From Eledone cirrhosa (taxonomy: Eukaryota): a stretch of 64,000 nucleotides of DNA. The stretch's first letter is position 1. The number at the start of each line of letters is the position of its first letter. Positions 41,580-55,272 of this stretch are shown in pieces. The DNA is taken from positions 330,398,001 through 330,462,000 of the forward strand of contig OZ024741.1 of NCBI GenBank assembly GCA_964016885.1, given 5' to 3'. Made by a program: the position numbers and the translations under genes. Under the pieces are notes generated by a model. The model was not told where the DNA came from. It made no database searches and saw only the letters and a list, made by a program, of their open reading frames with translations.

Positions 41580-44020
41580 TGAATAAAAACAAAGAAACAG
41601 TTCCTTATATTAAAAAATTCATCATTTTACGATCGTTTCTAGGATATATATGTTTGTGTTGGTATACATCTATGTAACATTTTTACAAACTATCAGAGGG
41701 AATATACATACCTACACATATATATGCTGTCTTCAGAAATAATGATATTTATTTATTGAAAAAAAACCAACAAAGATTTAATATAATAGGTCTGTTTGGG
41801 AACAGGTTTTGAATTGACCAATAGAAAGGTAGTGAGTGGTCAAGATGGTAGAATAGTAGTAATAGAACTTTAATTTAGGGGTAGAGGAAAGCAGATTTCA
41901 GTTTTGAATGGAAAGAGTATGATGAATGAAAAGATTATTTTAGGGATGAAAATAGGTCAAGTCGGTAAAAGGTACACGAAGAATTGATGTTATAAAAGAA
42001 TAATGCTAATGTAAATATCTAAGGAGAATAAAATTTTACGATAAATGTGTTAGTGAAAAATATCAATCTTATTTAAAATATAGGGAATTTACATCTATAA
42101 AAAGAAAATAAATTAATTAAATTGATAGGTATATTTATATTGATAAATTTATATTAATTCATATAGATATGATAAATAAGAGTTAGATGTAATTGAAGAG
42201 TGCTGTTAAAAACGAAGGGAAAATAAAAAAATAATAATAATAATAATTATTGGGGTGGGGTGGGGGTGGGTGGTAAATTTATTAGTGAGAAATAACAAAT
42301 TTATATAGATTATAAGGAACATAGAATCATAACCTGAAATTAAAATAGTTTATATGTATACTTATTGGTATACATTTTAGGAAAAGATAGCTGTAAAAGG
42401 GAAATAAAATTATGCAGTTCATTAGTAGTAGAATATTAATTATAGGTTAACTAATTTTAAAAAAAGTGTTATTATAATAATTTCTAAAGTGTATATTAAT
42501 TAGGTTTATAATATTTAAAAGTTCTACTCAGTTTATGATTACATGATATAATTAATTCCTGTCGTTTATTTAATAGGATATCCTTAGATTTCATTATTTC
42601 AAAAAGTTCCTGGGACCATAATCTACATTCATATCTATTATTTTGATAAGGGGTGGCCCTTTTGAGCACACTCCAGGTCAGGTTATAATCTATATTCCTC
42701 TTTCTATAATTATTAATTATTTCAGCTAAAGATGTATTAGCTAATGCGGCATTTTTAAAACTGTGTTTGTGGGTATTAAATCTTACTTTAAATTGGTTAG
42801 AAGTAGCTCCTATATATGAATAAGTTGAGTCCTTAGTGTTAACTTTACATTTATATACTATATTATTAATAAGGCAATTTCCTTTTAATGGGCAATTTGC
42901 TTTGTTTCTACAGTTACAACCTTTCGTGAATGCTGTATCAGAGGAGATAGTCAAATTAGGTGTAGAATTTGTACGACTTGTTGTATGTGAATGAGATGGT
43001 GGTTTGCTGTGGTTTATTTTAGTATTATGGTTAGTTTGATGTATTGGTGGTATATTCATGGGTTTTTTTTACATTTATATGCATTATAGGCACTTATATT
43101 TTGTTGTATATTTTTGGTTGTTGAGTAGGAGAATTTAACTGTTGATCTATTTAAAATTTGATGGTTTGGCGGGAAGTTTTTCTCTAGGATATAAACATTT
43201 TTTTTAGGTATATTATCTTTAATTTGTAGATTAAATGGAGCATTATACCAAGTAACTCGTCTATTACGGTTTCGATGTTGTTTATTATTTTTATAGGATG
43301 TATCCTGATGTTTATTAAGAGAATTATTGTTAATGATTTTATTACACATATTTTTAGTTAGATTCATTGATTTAGGTGTTTTAGCCTGTTTATTAGGAAT
43401 TTTATTATTAACATATATTGGAGTATTAGGATGAATAGTTTTTTGAAAGTTACTATATTGTATATTAGAAGAGTTAGAGAAATTAAGTTTTATGTTGGTA
43501 TTTTTGGGTATAGTGTGAGTGGCATTTAGGTGTGTATATTTCATTTGGTGTTTGTTGGTAATATTGGGTTGTATGTTTGTAGTGTTATTGGTACAAGGTA
43601 TATATACTAATTTGTTTTTGTGGCCACTTCTAGCTAAAGCTTCGTTATAAAAGGTCGCATTTTTATCAAATACATCCTGGTTAGACGAAAGGTTAGAAAT
43701 TCTGAGTGAGATATTATATGCTAGGTTTTTAAGGTTTTAGGTTTTTAAGGATAGATTTAAGGTGATTAGATTGTGAGTGTATGTAATGTAAGTTTTGGTT
43801 AGGTTTATGGTAAGGTTGGTAGATACCCGTAGATAAGTCTAATGTTATATCAAGGAAATTAACTACTTTACTTGTGTTTTCAAATGGAATATCTAGACTA
43901 TAATAGTCTTTGAGGAAAGTTCTAATAAGTTTTTTATTTTTTTCAATTTCTGATAGGCTAAGGTTATTGGAAAGAAGAAGACAGTCGTCACGATATAAAC
44001 CACCTTTAAGGTGGGGGAAA
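41580..44020 (-). mobile_element. 5'-truncated Neptune-like PLE (RT C-terminus, linker, GIY-YIG, 3' region)
   Basis: LYRDDCLL, VNFLDITLDL, YIHSQSNH, RVTWYNAPFN, CNCRNKANCPLKGNCL, IVYKC..SYIGAT and LLNKRQE motifs, with frameshifts. Confidence 0.9.
41619..41745 (-). ncRNA. Hammerhead motif with a roughly 90-nt stem II insertion, in a PLE 3' region
   Basis: TCATTATTT-CTGAAGA-...-GAAA-cgatcg-TA-AAATGATGA (9-bp stem I). Confidence 0.72.
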
Positions 44021-45600
44021 AGAGTATAACTGTAACTATCGACTTCCCTTCCAAACACCCTAACAATAGACTACCTGTATTAGACACGGAACTCTGGATT
44101 AACACTATAGACGTGAGAGCCCAAATTCTCCACTCACACTATGCTAAACCCATGGCCTCGAAATACCTGATACTCAAAAACTCAGCAATGTCCAGTAGTG
44201 CTAAGTTTAATATTCTGATCGCAGATTTGGTACGAGTGATGAAGAATGTGTCCCGCATGTGCGACCCAACAGAAATGAAAAGACACATCCAACACTTCAT
44301 CAACCGCATGCAGTTCTCTGGCTACAACCAAAGAGACAGAGTCAGAGTATACGAAGGAGCCATGGAGAAGTATAAGACCCTCATAGAACTGGACATGAAA
44401 GTAATTTGCCCACTATACAGGAGCAAATCATGGAATAGCTTAGATAGGGCTAGACATAAGGTAGGGAAAGCCACCTCATGGTACGACAACCAGAGATACC
44501 AGAGTGTCATGTTTGTGGACGCTACCCCTGGAGGGAAATTAGCTAACCAGTGTAGAAAGGCCCTGAGAAAGACCCACTTAAAGATTAAGGTGGTAGAAAA
44601 GCCAGGAACCACCATAAAATCCCTGATCAGCAAAACCTACCCTTTTAAGAAAACCCACTGTACTAATAGGAAATGTATCATATGTAAGGTAAACACCCGG
44701 ATAAACTGTAAAACTAGAAACGTAGTCTATAGCATAAGATGTACAGAGGGTACTTGCAGAAACATGACAACAACATACATAGGCGAGACAGCTCGTAGCA
44801 TAGGTGAAAGGATAGACCAACACTGGGGGAACTAAAAGAACGAAAAAACGGGTCAGTACTATACGAACATGCCAGACAACAACACGACGGTAACATAGAC
44901 AACATAGAAATTAGAATAATATCTAAACATAGAAATGACCCAGCAGATAGGCAAATCAGAGAGGCCAGTGAAATAGAACTTAGAAGGCCAAGACTAAACA
45001 GAAAGAATGAATGGAATAACAACAACACCCAAACAAACAACACTGACCTAAGAGAAGTATAAATAAATAAATAAATATATAAATAAATAAATATATACAT
45101 ACACAAGCACAATAACAACAAACACATATAAACACACACTAGTCACCCAATCACGAACACACATCAAACAAAATACTATACACACAGGCAAACGCATGCG
45201 CAAAGAAGACAAAATAAAATGAACAAACAAACAAATAAATAAATAAATAAATATATAGACGGATTAAATAAAAATGGCGTAGACATACAATGCAACGGGA
45301 GGAAACAATAGCACCACTGACGATGTTGCAGATGTGCAACGAAAGAACTCTGAGAAACTATATATATGTGTTTGTGTCTATATTGTATCTGTATTATTTT
45401 TGACCGTAGGTCAGTCAATGCCAACAGTGAGGACCGAATAAATTAGATTACCGATATAAAGGACACAGAAGCAAAGAGCGAAAACCAACCAAACAGTGAG
45501 TGTGTTCTGTTATTAATTCTGGCAATATTACACAAATATGACCCTCCCCAAGTATAACAATATTTGTTTCGACACACGATTTCATATAAAAAACCTCGCA
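44021..45600 (+). mobile_element. 5'-truncated PLE, second type (RT thumb + GIY-YIG)
   Basis: LPVLD, HYAKPMAS, NVVYSIRC..YIGETARSIGERI and RQIREA..I..P.LNRKNEW motifs. Homologous to 47738-49173. Confidence 0.9.
45313..45354 (+). ncRNA. Hammerhead-like motif with weak stem I, in a PLE 3' region
   Basis: CTGACGA-t gttgca gatg tgcaac-GAAA-gaac-TC-tgag. Homologous to 46671-46713, with compensatory stem II changes. Confidence 0.55.
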
Positions 45601-45603
45601 AAA

Positions 45604-45648
<45 letters not shown>

Positions 45649-45750
45649 ATATATATATTTATCTATATATATATATTTATATATATATATATTTATATAT
45701 ATTTATATTTATATATATATATTTATATATATATATATATATATATTTAT

Positions 45751-45980
45751 ATCATCATCATCATCAACGTTTAACATCCGTGTTCCACGTTTGCATGGGT
45801 TTGGACGGGGGTTTTCCCACTTGAGGCAAGAGTGATTATCTTGCTCGCATAGGACTATCTGGCGGGTTTTCTACAGCTGGATGCCCTTCCTAACACCAAC
45901 CACATTTACAGTGTGGGGCTGGGAGGTTTTTACCGTGTTGCCTACACGGCCACATTACAGCGTGAACTGTGTGTTTTTTG
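45751..45980 (-). mobile_element. RTE LINE 3'-end fragment
   Basis: (CAT)n tail and 3'UTR matching 21858-22100. Confidence 0.85.
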
Positions 45981-46465
45981 ACATATATATATATATATAT
46001 TTATCTATAAATATATATTTATCTATATATATATATATATTTATCTATATATATATATATATTTATCTATATATATATATATATTTATCTATATATATAT
46101 ATATATATTTATCTCTATATATATATATCTATCTATCTATATATATATATATATATTTATCTATATATATATATATATTTATCTATATATATATATATAT
46201 TTATCTATATATATATATATATATTTATCTATATATATATATATTTATCTATATATATATATATATTTATCTATATATATATATATATTTATCTATATAT
46301 ATATATATATATATATTTATCTATATATATATATATATATATATTTATCTCTATATATATATATATATATTTATCTCTCTCTATATATATATATATTTAT
46401 CTATATATAAATATATATATATTTATCTATATATAAATATATATTTATCTATATATATATATTTA

Positions 46466-46509
<44 letters not shown>

Positions 46510-46518
<9 letters not shown>

Positions 46519-49500
46519 ATACTTTGGGAGGGTCATGCTGCCAATAAGAAACACATGCACCAGTTGCTTTCACTTCAATTTATTATTATAATAAATTTAT
46601 AATAAATTCATAAATTTATAAATTTCTGGTTGGTTGGTTGGTTCCCCAACCAGATAGTTGTTTATATATTGTCATAGTTCTTTCGTCACACACTCTGTGA
46701 CCTCTTCAGTGACTGGTGATTCCTTTCTTTGTTTCTGTGCCTCTCCTTTGTTCTGTACTACGCCATTTTGTTTCTGTGTGTGTGTTGTGTGCTCAGTCTG
46801 CACATGCGCCCCATCCCGGTGTCTGTGTGTGTTTATGTTCATTTATTTATTTGTTTATTTACATGTTACTGGTTGGTTGTTTGTTCTATGTGTGTGTGTG
46901 TTTTCATTTTGTCCTTAATTGTAAGTTGTGATGTTGCTGTTCCACTCATATTTTCTATTTAATTTTGGTTGTAATTCTTTTATGTTTATTGCCTCTGTAA
47001 TTTGTCTAAACATTGCGTCTTTTCTGTGTGTAGATTCTATTTTTTATTTCTATGTTCTCTAATTTACCCTTGTGTTCTATTTTAGCATGTTGGTAGAGTA
47101 CAGATGATTCTTTACTATCTTGAAGGTCTCGCCAGTGTTCATTTATCCGTTCCCCTACACTACGAGCTGTCTCACCTATGTACACTATATTTTTGTCTCT
47201 ACATTGTCCTTCAGTACATCTTATGCTATACACTACATTTCTAGTTTTACAGTTAATATGGGGGCTTATTTTACAGGTTATACATTTCTTATCTATACAT
47301 GAGGGTCTTTGAAAAGGGTATGTCTTGCTAATAAGTGTTTTTACGGAGGTACCTGGTCTTTCTACTATCTTAATATTGAGTTTATGTTTATTTAGGGCCC
47401 TTCTAAATTTGTAAGCTAATTCACCTCTAGGGGTTGTATCGATGAACATTACACTCTGGTATTTATTGCTATCATACCATGAGTTTATTCTATTAGCCTT
47501 GTTCCTAGTTCTTTCTATTCTATTCCAAAATTTGCTCCTATATAAGGGGCAGGTCCCATTTATGTCATTATTTACCATTTTTTCCCATTTGGTTCTGGCT
47601 CCTCTATACACTCTGATTTTATCTCTCTGGGACTCCTACTTAAACTTACCTATAGTAATAATTACCTAGACACATATGACCTTAGCAACCTGTGCCCTAC
47701 AAGACCAGCAAGAGGCAGACCACCTACCATTACCTCAATGGCCAAGAAAACCCACACAGATAGATGGAACGGGTGGACCAGAGCCATACGGACTCCCGAA
47801 AACCACGATCAACTGAAGAAAATGATTGCACATGCGGTGGGGTCCAGCATAAAATTAATCCTTAAGGAACATATGTTCAAATTTAATGGAAAAACATATG
47901 CCCAAGAGGAAGGAGCAGCCATTGGTGTTAGCATTGCAGGCGACATAGCTAACTTATTCATGGTATGGTGGGACAGTAGACTTAAACTTAAACTTAAAGA
48001 ACAATTAGAAGACCCCTTAACCCTGATAATGTACTCCCGTTACGTTGATGATATAAACATCGTAGTTAAGACACCCCCACTAGAGAACAGTCAGGAACTA
48101 GAAAAAAACACAATGGAAAGCATCCAGCAAATAGCAAACTCCATCCACCAGAGCATTAGAGTTACTATAGACTACCCAAGTAAACACCCCAACCATCGAT
48201 TACCTGTACTAGACACAGAGCTCTGGTTAGATACCATTAACAACAAAAAACAAATCCTCCATTCCCATTATGCCAAACCCATGACTTCCAAACATCTGAT
48301 CCACCGAAACTCGGCCGTTTCGGACCATACCAAAATCAACATACTGATTGCGGATTTGGTACGGGTGATGAGAAACGTGTCCCGCATATGCAACCCCGAA
48401 GAACTAGGGAGACACATACAACACTTCATCCACCGTATGCAGTTCTCTGGCTACAATGAGAGAGATAAAATCAGAGTGTATAGAGGAGCCAGAACCAAAT
48501 GGGAAAAAATGGTAAATAATGACATAAATGGGACCTGCCCCTTGTATAGGAGCAAATTTTGGAATAGAATAGAAAGAACTAGGAACAAGGCTAATAGAAT
48601 AAACTCATGGTATGATAGCAATAAATACCAGAGTGTAATGTTCATCGATACAACCCCTAGAGGTGAATTAGCTTACAAATTTAGAAGGGCCCTAAATAAA
48701 CATAAACTCAATATTAAGATAGTAGAAAGACCAGGTACCTCCGTAAAAACACTTACTTTGCAAGACATACCCTTTTCAAAGACCCTCATGTATAGATAAG
48801 AAATGTATAACCTGTAAAATAAGCCCCCATATTAACTGTAAAACTAGAAAAGGTAGTGTATAGCATAAGATGTACCGAAGGACAATGTAGAGACAAAAAT
48901 ATAGTGTACATAGGTGAGACAGTTCGTAGTGTAGGGGAACGGATAAATGAACACTGGCGAGACCTTCAAGATAGTAAAGAATCACCTGTACTCTACCAAC
49001 ATGCTAAAATAGAACACAAGGGTAAATTAGAGAACATAGAAATAAAAATAGGATCTACACACAGAAAAGACGCAATGTTTAGACAAATTACAGAGGCAAT
49101 AAACATAAAAGAATTACAACCAAAATTAAATAGAAAATATGAGTGGAACAGCAACATCACAACTTACAATTAAGGACAAAATGAAAACACACACACACAT
49201 AGAACAAACAACCAACCAGTAACATGTAAATAAACAAATAAATAAATGAACATAAACACACACAGACACCCGGATGTGGCGCATGCGCAGACTGAGCACA
49301 CAACACACACACAGAAACAAAATGGCGTAGGACAGAACAAAGGAGAGGCACAGAAAAAAAGAAAGGAATCCCCAGTCACTGAAGAGGTCATAGAGTGTCT
49401 GACGAAAGAACTAAACCAACCAACCAGAAATTTATAAATTTATTATAAATTTATTATAATAAATTGAAGTGAAAGCAACTGGTGCGTGTGTTTCTTATTG

Positions 49501-49530
49501 GCAACATGACCCTCCCAAAGTATAACAATA
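46510..49530 (+). mobile_element. PLE with inverted 5' duplication (46510-47628 is the reverse complement of about 48459-49530)
   Basis: ORF 47738-48799 (QEEGAAIG, RYVDD, LPVLD) frameshifts into GIY-YIG 48856-49173; mirrored ORF at 47006-47611. Confidence 0.93.
46671..46713 (-). ncRNA. Minimal hammerhead motif in a PLE 3' region (partner copy 49375-49413 plus lacks the 3' arm of stem I)
   Basis: GTCA-CTGAAGA-g gtcaca gagtg tgtgac-GAAA-gaac-TA-TGAC. Confidence 0.72.
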
Positions 49531-49543
49531 TATATATATATAC

Positions 49544-49614
<71 letters not shown>

Positions 49615-49659
49615 CATATATATATATATAAATACATACATATATATATAAATACATAC

Positions 49660-49690
<31 letters not shown>

Positions 49691-49694
49691 CACA

Positions 49695-49728
<34 letters not shown>

Positions 49729-49757
49729 CATATATATATATACATATATAAATATAC

Positions 49758-49806
<49 letters not shown>

Positions 49807-49885
49807 CATAATATTATATTTTGAGAATAAACTCTCAGTCGTTTACAATAATTAAGCTCCAGGAAGGGGCTCTTCCGAGCAGTTA

Positions 49886-50439
49886 ATACATTTAAAGTAT
49901 ACGATAAACACGAAATGTGTTTACATTGCAACAGACAAAGTTAGCTATTAATGAAATAAACTAATAAAAGTGAATACAATTTGTCTGTCTCGATACAAGT
50001 CAATAAAGACAAGATTATATTGGCAACGGCCATGATTCCTGGACATATTTAAATTTCAAAATTCAAACCTGTTCTGTAGACGAATTTGAACCTCGAAACC
50101 CAAATAAGTTTCGCAACGGTGGAATGTGAATTGAAAAATAAAGAGAATCGAAATGGAATAGAAATAAAAGAGTGAAATGCCCAAATCTTCTGTGCTTATC
50201 AACAGGAATCCAGTAAGATTAGTCTATCTCACATCAAAAATTTTGCAGGACTGACTACACGTGAGTAGCAGGCCAAAACTAGCTATCCCACATTCACGGT
50301 GCTAGAAATAACAGCCGCTTATGCAGGATTAAGGATCAGCTCTTACAATAAAGGAGCAATATAGTTTATTTCATTAATAGCTAACTTTGTCTGTTGCAAT
50401 GTAAACACATTTCGTGTTTATCGTATACTTTAAATGTAT
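49886..50439. mobile_element. Foldback element with about 78-bp perfect inverted ends
   Basis: atacatttaaagtatacgataaacacgaaatgtgtttacattgcaacagacaaagttagctattaatgaaataaacta and its reverse complement. Confidence 0.8.
50034..50210 (-). ncRNA. Candidate hammerhead motif, U4A variant with long insert
   Basis: gattcctg..gca-CAGAAGA-(about 130 nt)-GAAA-tttaaa-TA-tgt.caggaatc. The base of stem II is not evident. Confidence 0.4.
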
Positions 50440-50475
50440 ATATACATATATATATATATACATATATATATATAC

Positions 50476-50506
<31 letters not shown>

Positions 50507-50521
50507 CATATATATATATAC

Positions 50522-50552
<31 letters not shown>

Positions 50553-50559
50553 CATATAT

Positions 50560-50600
<41 letters not shown>

Positions 50601-50641
50601 TATACATATATATATATACATATATATATATATACATATAT

Positions 50642-50970
50642 GGAGGCACATGGCTTAGTGGTTAGAGCATTGGCCTTGCAATCGATAGGTTGTGAGTTCA
50701 ATTCTCAGACCGGGTGATGTGTTGTTTCCTTGAGCAAGACACTTTATTTCAGATTGCTCCAGTTTACTCAGCTGTAGAAATGAGATGATAGGGACTGGGG
50801 CCCCTATCATTCCACTGCAAAGTGGTCGTGGAGGTGCCACGGAAAAAAAGCACCCAGCACGCACTGTAAATGAGGTTGGTGTTAGGAAGGGCATCCAGCT
50901 GTAGAAATCAAGCCAGAATCAGTTCCCGTCCCACCCTTGCAAGCAGGGAAAAGCGGACGTAAAATGAAGC
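50642..50970 (+). mobile_element. Full-length SINE family B (tRNA head, CORE-like body, RTE tail)
   Basis: tggcttagtggttaga (A box), gagttcaattc (B box), ccttgagcaagacacttta..ctccagt..ctcagctgta.aaatg. The tail matches the 3' end of the RTE at 62628. Confidence 0.85.
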
Positions 50971-51046
50971 GAAAAAATGAAACGATATATATACACATAT
51001 ATATATACATATACATATATATACATATAAATATATATACATATAC

Positions 51047-51120
<74 letters not shown>

Positions 51121-51188
51121 ACATATATATATACATATATATATATGTATACATATATATATACATATATATATACATATATGTATAC

Positions 51189-51236
<48 letters not shown>

Positions 51237-51255
51237 GGATGTATATATATGTACA

Positions 51256-51286
<31 letters not shown>

Positions 51287-51317
51287 GTATATATGTATAT
51301 ATATATATGTATATATA

Positions 51318-54300
51318 TCATCATCATCATCATCATCATCGTTTAACGTCCATATTCCACGCTTGGACGGGAGTTTTCCCACTTGAGGCAAAAGTGGTTG
51401 TCTTGCTCGCATAGGACTGTCTGGCGGGTTTTCTACGGCTGGATGCCCTTCCTAACACCAACCACATTTACAGTGTGGAACTGGGAGGTTTTTACCGTGT
51501 TACCTACACGGCCACACTACAGCGTGGACTGTGTGTTTTTTTTTGTCGTGACACCTACACGATCTCATTTGTTTCGGCCTGGATGTTGTGGTACCAACAT
51601 ACTTTACATTGAAAGGGGCGGTGTGGATGGGGTGGGGGTAGTGGTACGGGGGTGTATTTTGTTGGAGGTGCCTACTGACTGTAGTAGGTTTTACTTTGTA
51701 TTTAGGTAAGGCGGGTCTTCTCTATTACTGAGTACCGCCAAAGATCTCGGTCCAGTGACATTGTCTTGGAGAGGTGTAAGTGTGTGAGGTCGGAATTTAT
51801 CAAGTCATCCCAGGTTTTTCTGGGTCTGCCTATTCCGTGGCTACCGTCTATTTTTATTGCCCTGCACTTTGTTATACAGCTGTCGTCTTTCATGCGCATC
51901 ACGTGACCATACCAACGTAGCCTTCTCTTGAGTAAACAACATCTGATCCCTCTTATTTCTAATTTTTCCCTTAGTTCGTTGAACGTATATTACTATTACA
52001 CATCCAGCGGAGCATGCAAGCTTCGTTCCTCTCTAGTCTGCGTATATCCTCTGCACACAATGCCCAGGTCTCACTGCCATGCAACATTGCTGTTCGTATG
52101 CAGGCATCATACAGCCTGCCTTTCATTTTTAGGGAGAACCCTTTAGCGGCTAATAGTGGTATAAGCTCTCTGAACTTTTTCCATCCAGTTCTGACTCTAG
52201 CTACTGTACTTTCAGAGCACCCTCCCCCCACTGCTGAGTTTGTCACCCAGGTAACGGAAGCTGTCCACTATTTCTATAGAACCCCCTGTGCAATTGAAAG
52301 AGCTAGTATTTTGTGGGCACTTGCTGCTACTTATTGCACCAGAGCACCGGCCACATGTAAAATCTAAGTTCTTAGTTAGCTTACCTGTGATCCCACTACA
52401 TCTTTTATGCACCCATACTTCGCATTTGGGACATAAAATGGAGTTTCTACCTACTCCTTTCCTACACACTGAGCATGGCCATTTCCCGGATGGGACCGGC
52501 GCCCTAGTTTCCTTCCTACGAACTAGAACTTTAGTCTTAGCCAGGTTAATTTTAAGGCCTTTTGATTCTAGGCTGTGCTTCCATGTTTGGAATTTCTTCT
52601 CTAGTTCGGCCATTGATTCAGCTATGAGCGTTAGATCATCTGCGTATAGGAGTTCCCATGGGCAGCCGGTCTTGAACTCCACTGTTATAGCCTGAAGGGC
52701 AATAATAAATAGTAGGGGGCTAAGAACGGAGCCCTGATGGACACCAACTTTTACGCTAAACTCTTCACTATGTTCGTTGTTAATTCTAACCTTGCTGACT
52801 ATTTCTTTATACATGGCTTGTATAGCTCTCACAAGCCATTCATCAACACCTAGTTTTCTAAGAGGCCACCAGATAATGGAACAGGAGACTGTGTCGAAGG
52901 CTTTCTCCAAGTCGACAAAAGCTAAGTATAGGGGTTTACTTTTAGCTAGGTACTTCTCCTGTAGTTGTCGTACAATGAAAAGAGCGTCTGTGGTACTTTT
53001 GCCTGACACAAACCCGAACTGCATTTCATCTAGATCAATTCTCTCTCTGATTAGTTGCGCTATTACTTTTTCCGTGACCTTCATGACCTGGTCGATTAAT
53101 TTAATGCCTCTATAGTTACTCCTATCTAGGGCATCTCCTTTACCCTTGTAGCAGTTAATGATGATGCTGCTACGCCAGTCGTTCGGAACAACCCCATTCT
53201 GTATGACTTGGTTTACTATCCGGGTGACCATGGTGTGTCCCACCGTTCCAGAGGCTTTCAGCATTTCAGCAACTATTTCTGAAGGCCCAGCCGCCTTACC
53301 CATCTTCATATCTTTGATTGCCTTACTTATTATACTACCTTCGACTAACACTGCTGGTCCTTCTATTGGATCGATCTGGGGGAGACTATCCTTCTCCCAT
53401 TTATTCTCCTTATTTAGTAGCCTCTCGTAGTGACACTTCCAAGCTACCTTCTTATCAGCATCAGTGATGGCGAGTACCCCATCATCATTAAGTACACAGT
53501 TTCCTCCGACAATATCACGGTTTTCCTTGACACATTGCCTAGCAATCCTGAACACCTCACGTTTTTGGTCCTCGCGTTGTAGAACATGCTTGAACTTTCT
53601 TTCCTCTGCTTCCCTTCTTGTGAAGTATACTTGTCTCCTAGCTTCCCTCCTGGCCACTTGATAGTCTTCTCTACTTCCCCCATCCCGCCATACTTTCCAA
53701 GCCTGCTTTTTGGCCTTAATTGACTCCTCCACCTTACTGTTCCACCACCATGTTACTCTGCTCCTGCCTACAGGCCTGCTTTAGCCACAGACTTCGTCTG
53801 CAGCCATCAGCAGGTTTGCTTTCAGGAATTCCCACTGTTCCTCTATATTGTACGACTCTAATTGCTCTTCCTTACTGTCGAAAGCATCAAGTAATATGAT
53901 TTTAAATTTATTTCTGGCTGTGGGGTGCTTTAGCTTCCATATTTTTCTCCTGAGGATAGTCCTCTTCTGCTGTCTAGTACGTCTCGTCCTGACTATGAGG
54001 TCGCTAATTATCAGTCTATGTTGGGAAGTGCATTCTTCATGGGGGAGGGATTTAGTGTTTACAACAGTCACTCTGTCACGTCTTCTGGTAAGGATATAAT
54101 CTACCTGGCTGGTATGTTCCCCTGATCTGTAGGTGATCAAGTGATTGTCTCGTTTTTTGAAGTTAGTGTTACAGATAGTTAGGTTATTTGCATCACAGAA
54201 TTCCAGGATTGTGGAGCCTTCCTCGTTTCTAGTACCAAACTCATAGCCTACGTGGATTCCGTCATAGCCGTCACAATGTTGTCCAACGTGACCATTTAGG

Positions 54301-54808
54301 TCGCCAGCAATAATTATGTAGTCACTGTCGATTATTTGAGAGGTAGTGAGCATCAGTGTCTCATAGAATCTGTCTTTTATAGCGCCAGGCAGTCCGGATT
54401 GGGGCGTGTATGCAGATATTACTGTCACAGTAGTTCTATTTAGAACAAGTCTTATTTTAATTATTCTGTCATTCACTCTATTTACGTCTATTATCTTATC
54501 CACCCATTTTTCTGCTAACATGATTCCTACCCCACCCAGCCCATTGTCATTTCCCACCCAGAAAAGCTTATAGCATCGTTTTTTACCCACAATGAATCTA
54601 GCAGACCCGCCCCTCCGCCTGGTCTCTTGGATACAGCAAACATCAACCTCCTTACGTTCAAGCATTTCTACAACCTCGTTAGAGCGGCCTTTTAAGGTGC
54701 CTACATTCATGGTACCAACTCTGAAGTTTTGGATTGTGTTTGGTGGATGTGGCGCAGGGAGGTGTGAGGGGATGGGGTTGGGGTTATGTTCGCCATCCGC
54801 GGCCGAAT
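51318..54808 (-). mobile_element. Near full-length RTE-clade LINE (APE + RT), inactivated
   Basis: [33 protein letters not shown] and SQHRL (APE); in-frame stop at 53781; RT with YADDL; frameshifts near 52240 and 51980; (CAT)n tail. Confidence 0.95.
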
Positions 54809-54823
54809 GTGTATATATATATG

Positions 54824-54855
<32 letters not shown>

Positions 54856-54885
54856 TATGTGTATATATATGTATATATATATATG

Positions 54886-54917
<32 letters not shown>

Positions 54918-54973
54918 TATGTGTATATATATATGTATGTGTATATATATATGTGTATATATATATGTATATA

Positions 54974-55020
<47 letters not shown>

Positions 55021-55223
55021 TTAAGGATACTATTTATGGTTATGTATGTAATAAAACCTTTTATGGTTATATATTTTTTATACAAACCCTAAATAGTGAA
55101 AGATAGTCATTAATTACTATCTTATTACCAGTAAGATAAATAGCTCAATGTAATAACATCGGTGGTTTTACAGAGCAGTTATATAGAGATTACAATAATC
55201 AAAGTTCAGTTTAAATCATTTAT

Positions 55224-55272
55224 TTGCTTACAATTGTTTCCTCCAAACCGAGGTTTGGATTCTTCCGAGCAA
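55224..55272 (-). ncRNA. Hammerhead motif, U4G variant
   Basis: TTGCT-CGGAAGA-a tccaaacc tc ggtttgga g-GAAA-caattg-TA-AGCAA. Confidence 0.7.

Noticed and set aside
50642-50715. tRNA gene
   Set aside because: A and B boxes are present, but no convincing cloverleaf was seen and the sequence runs into a SINE body.
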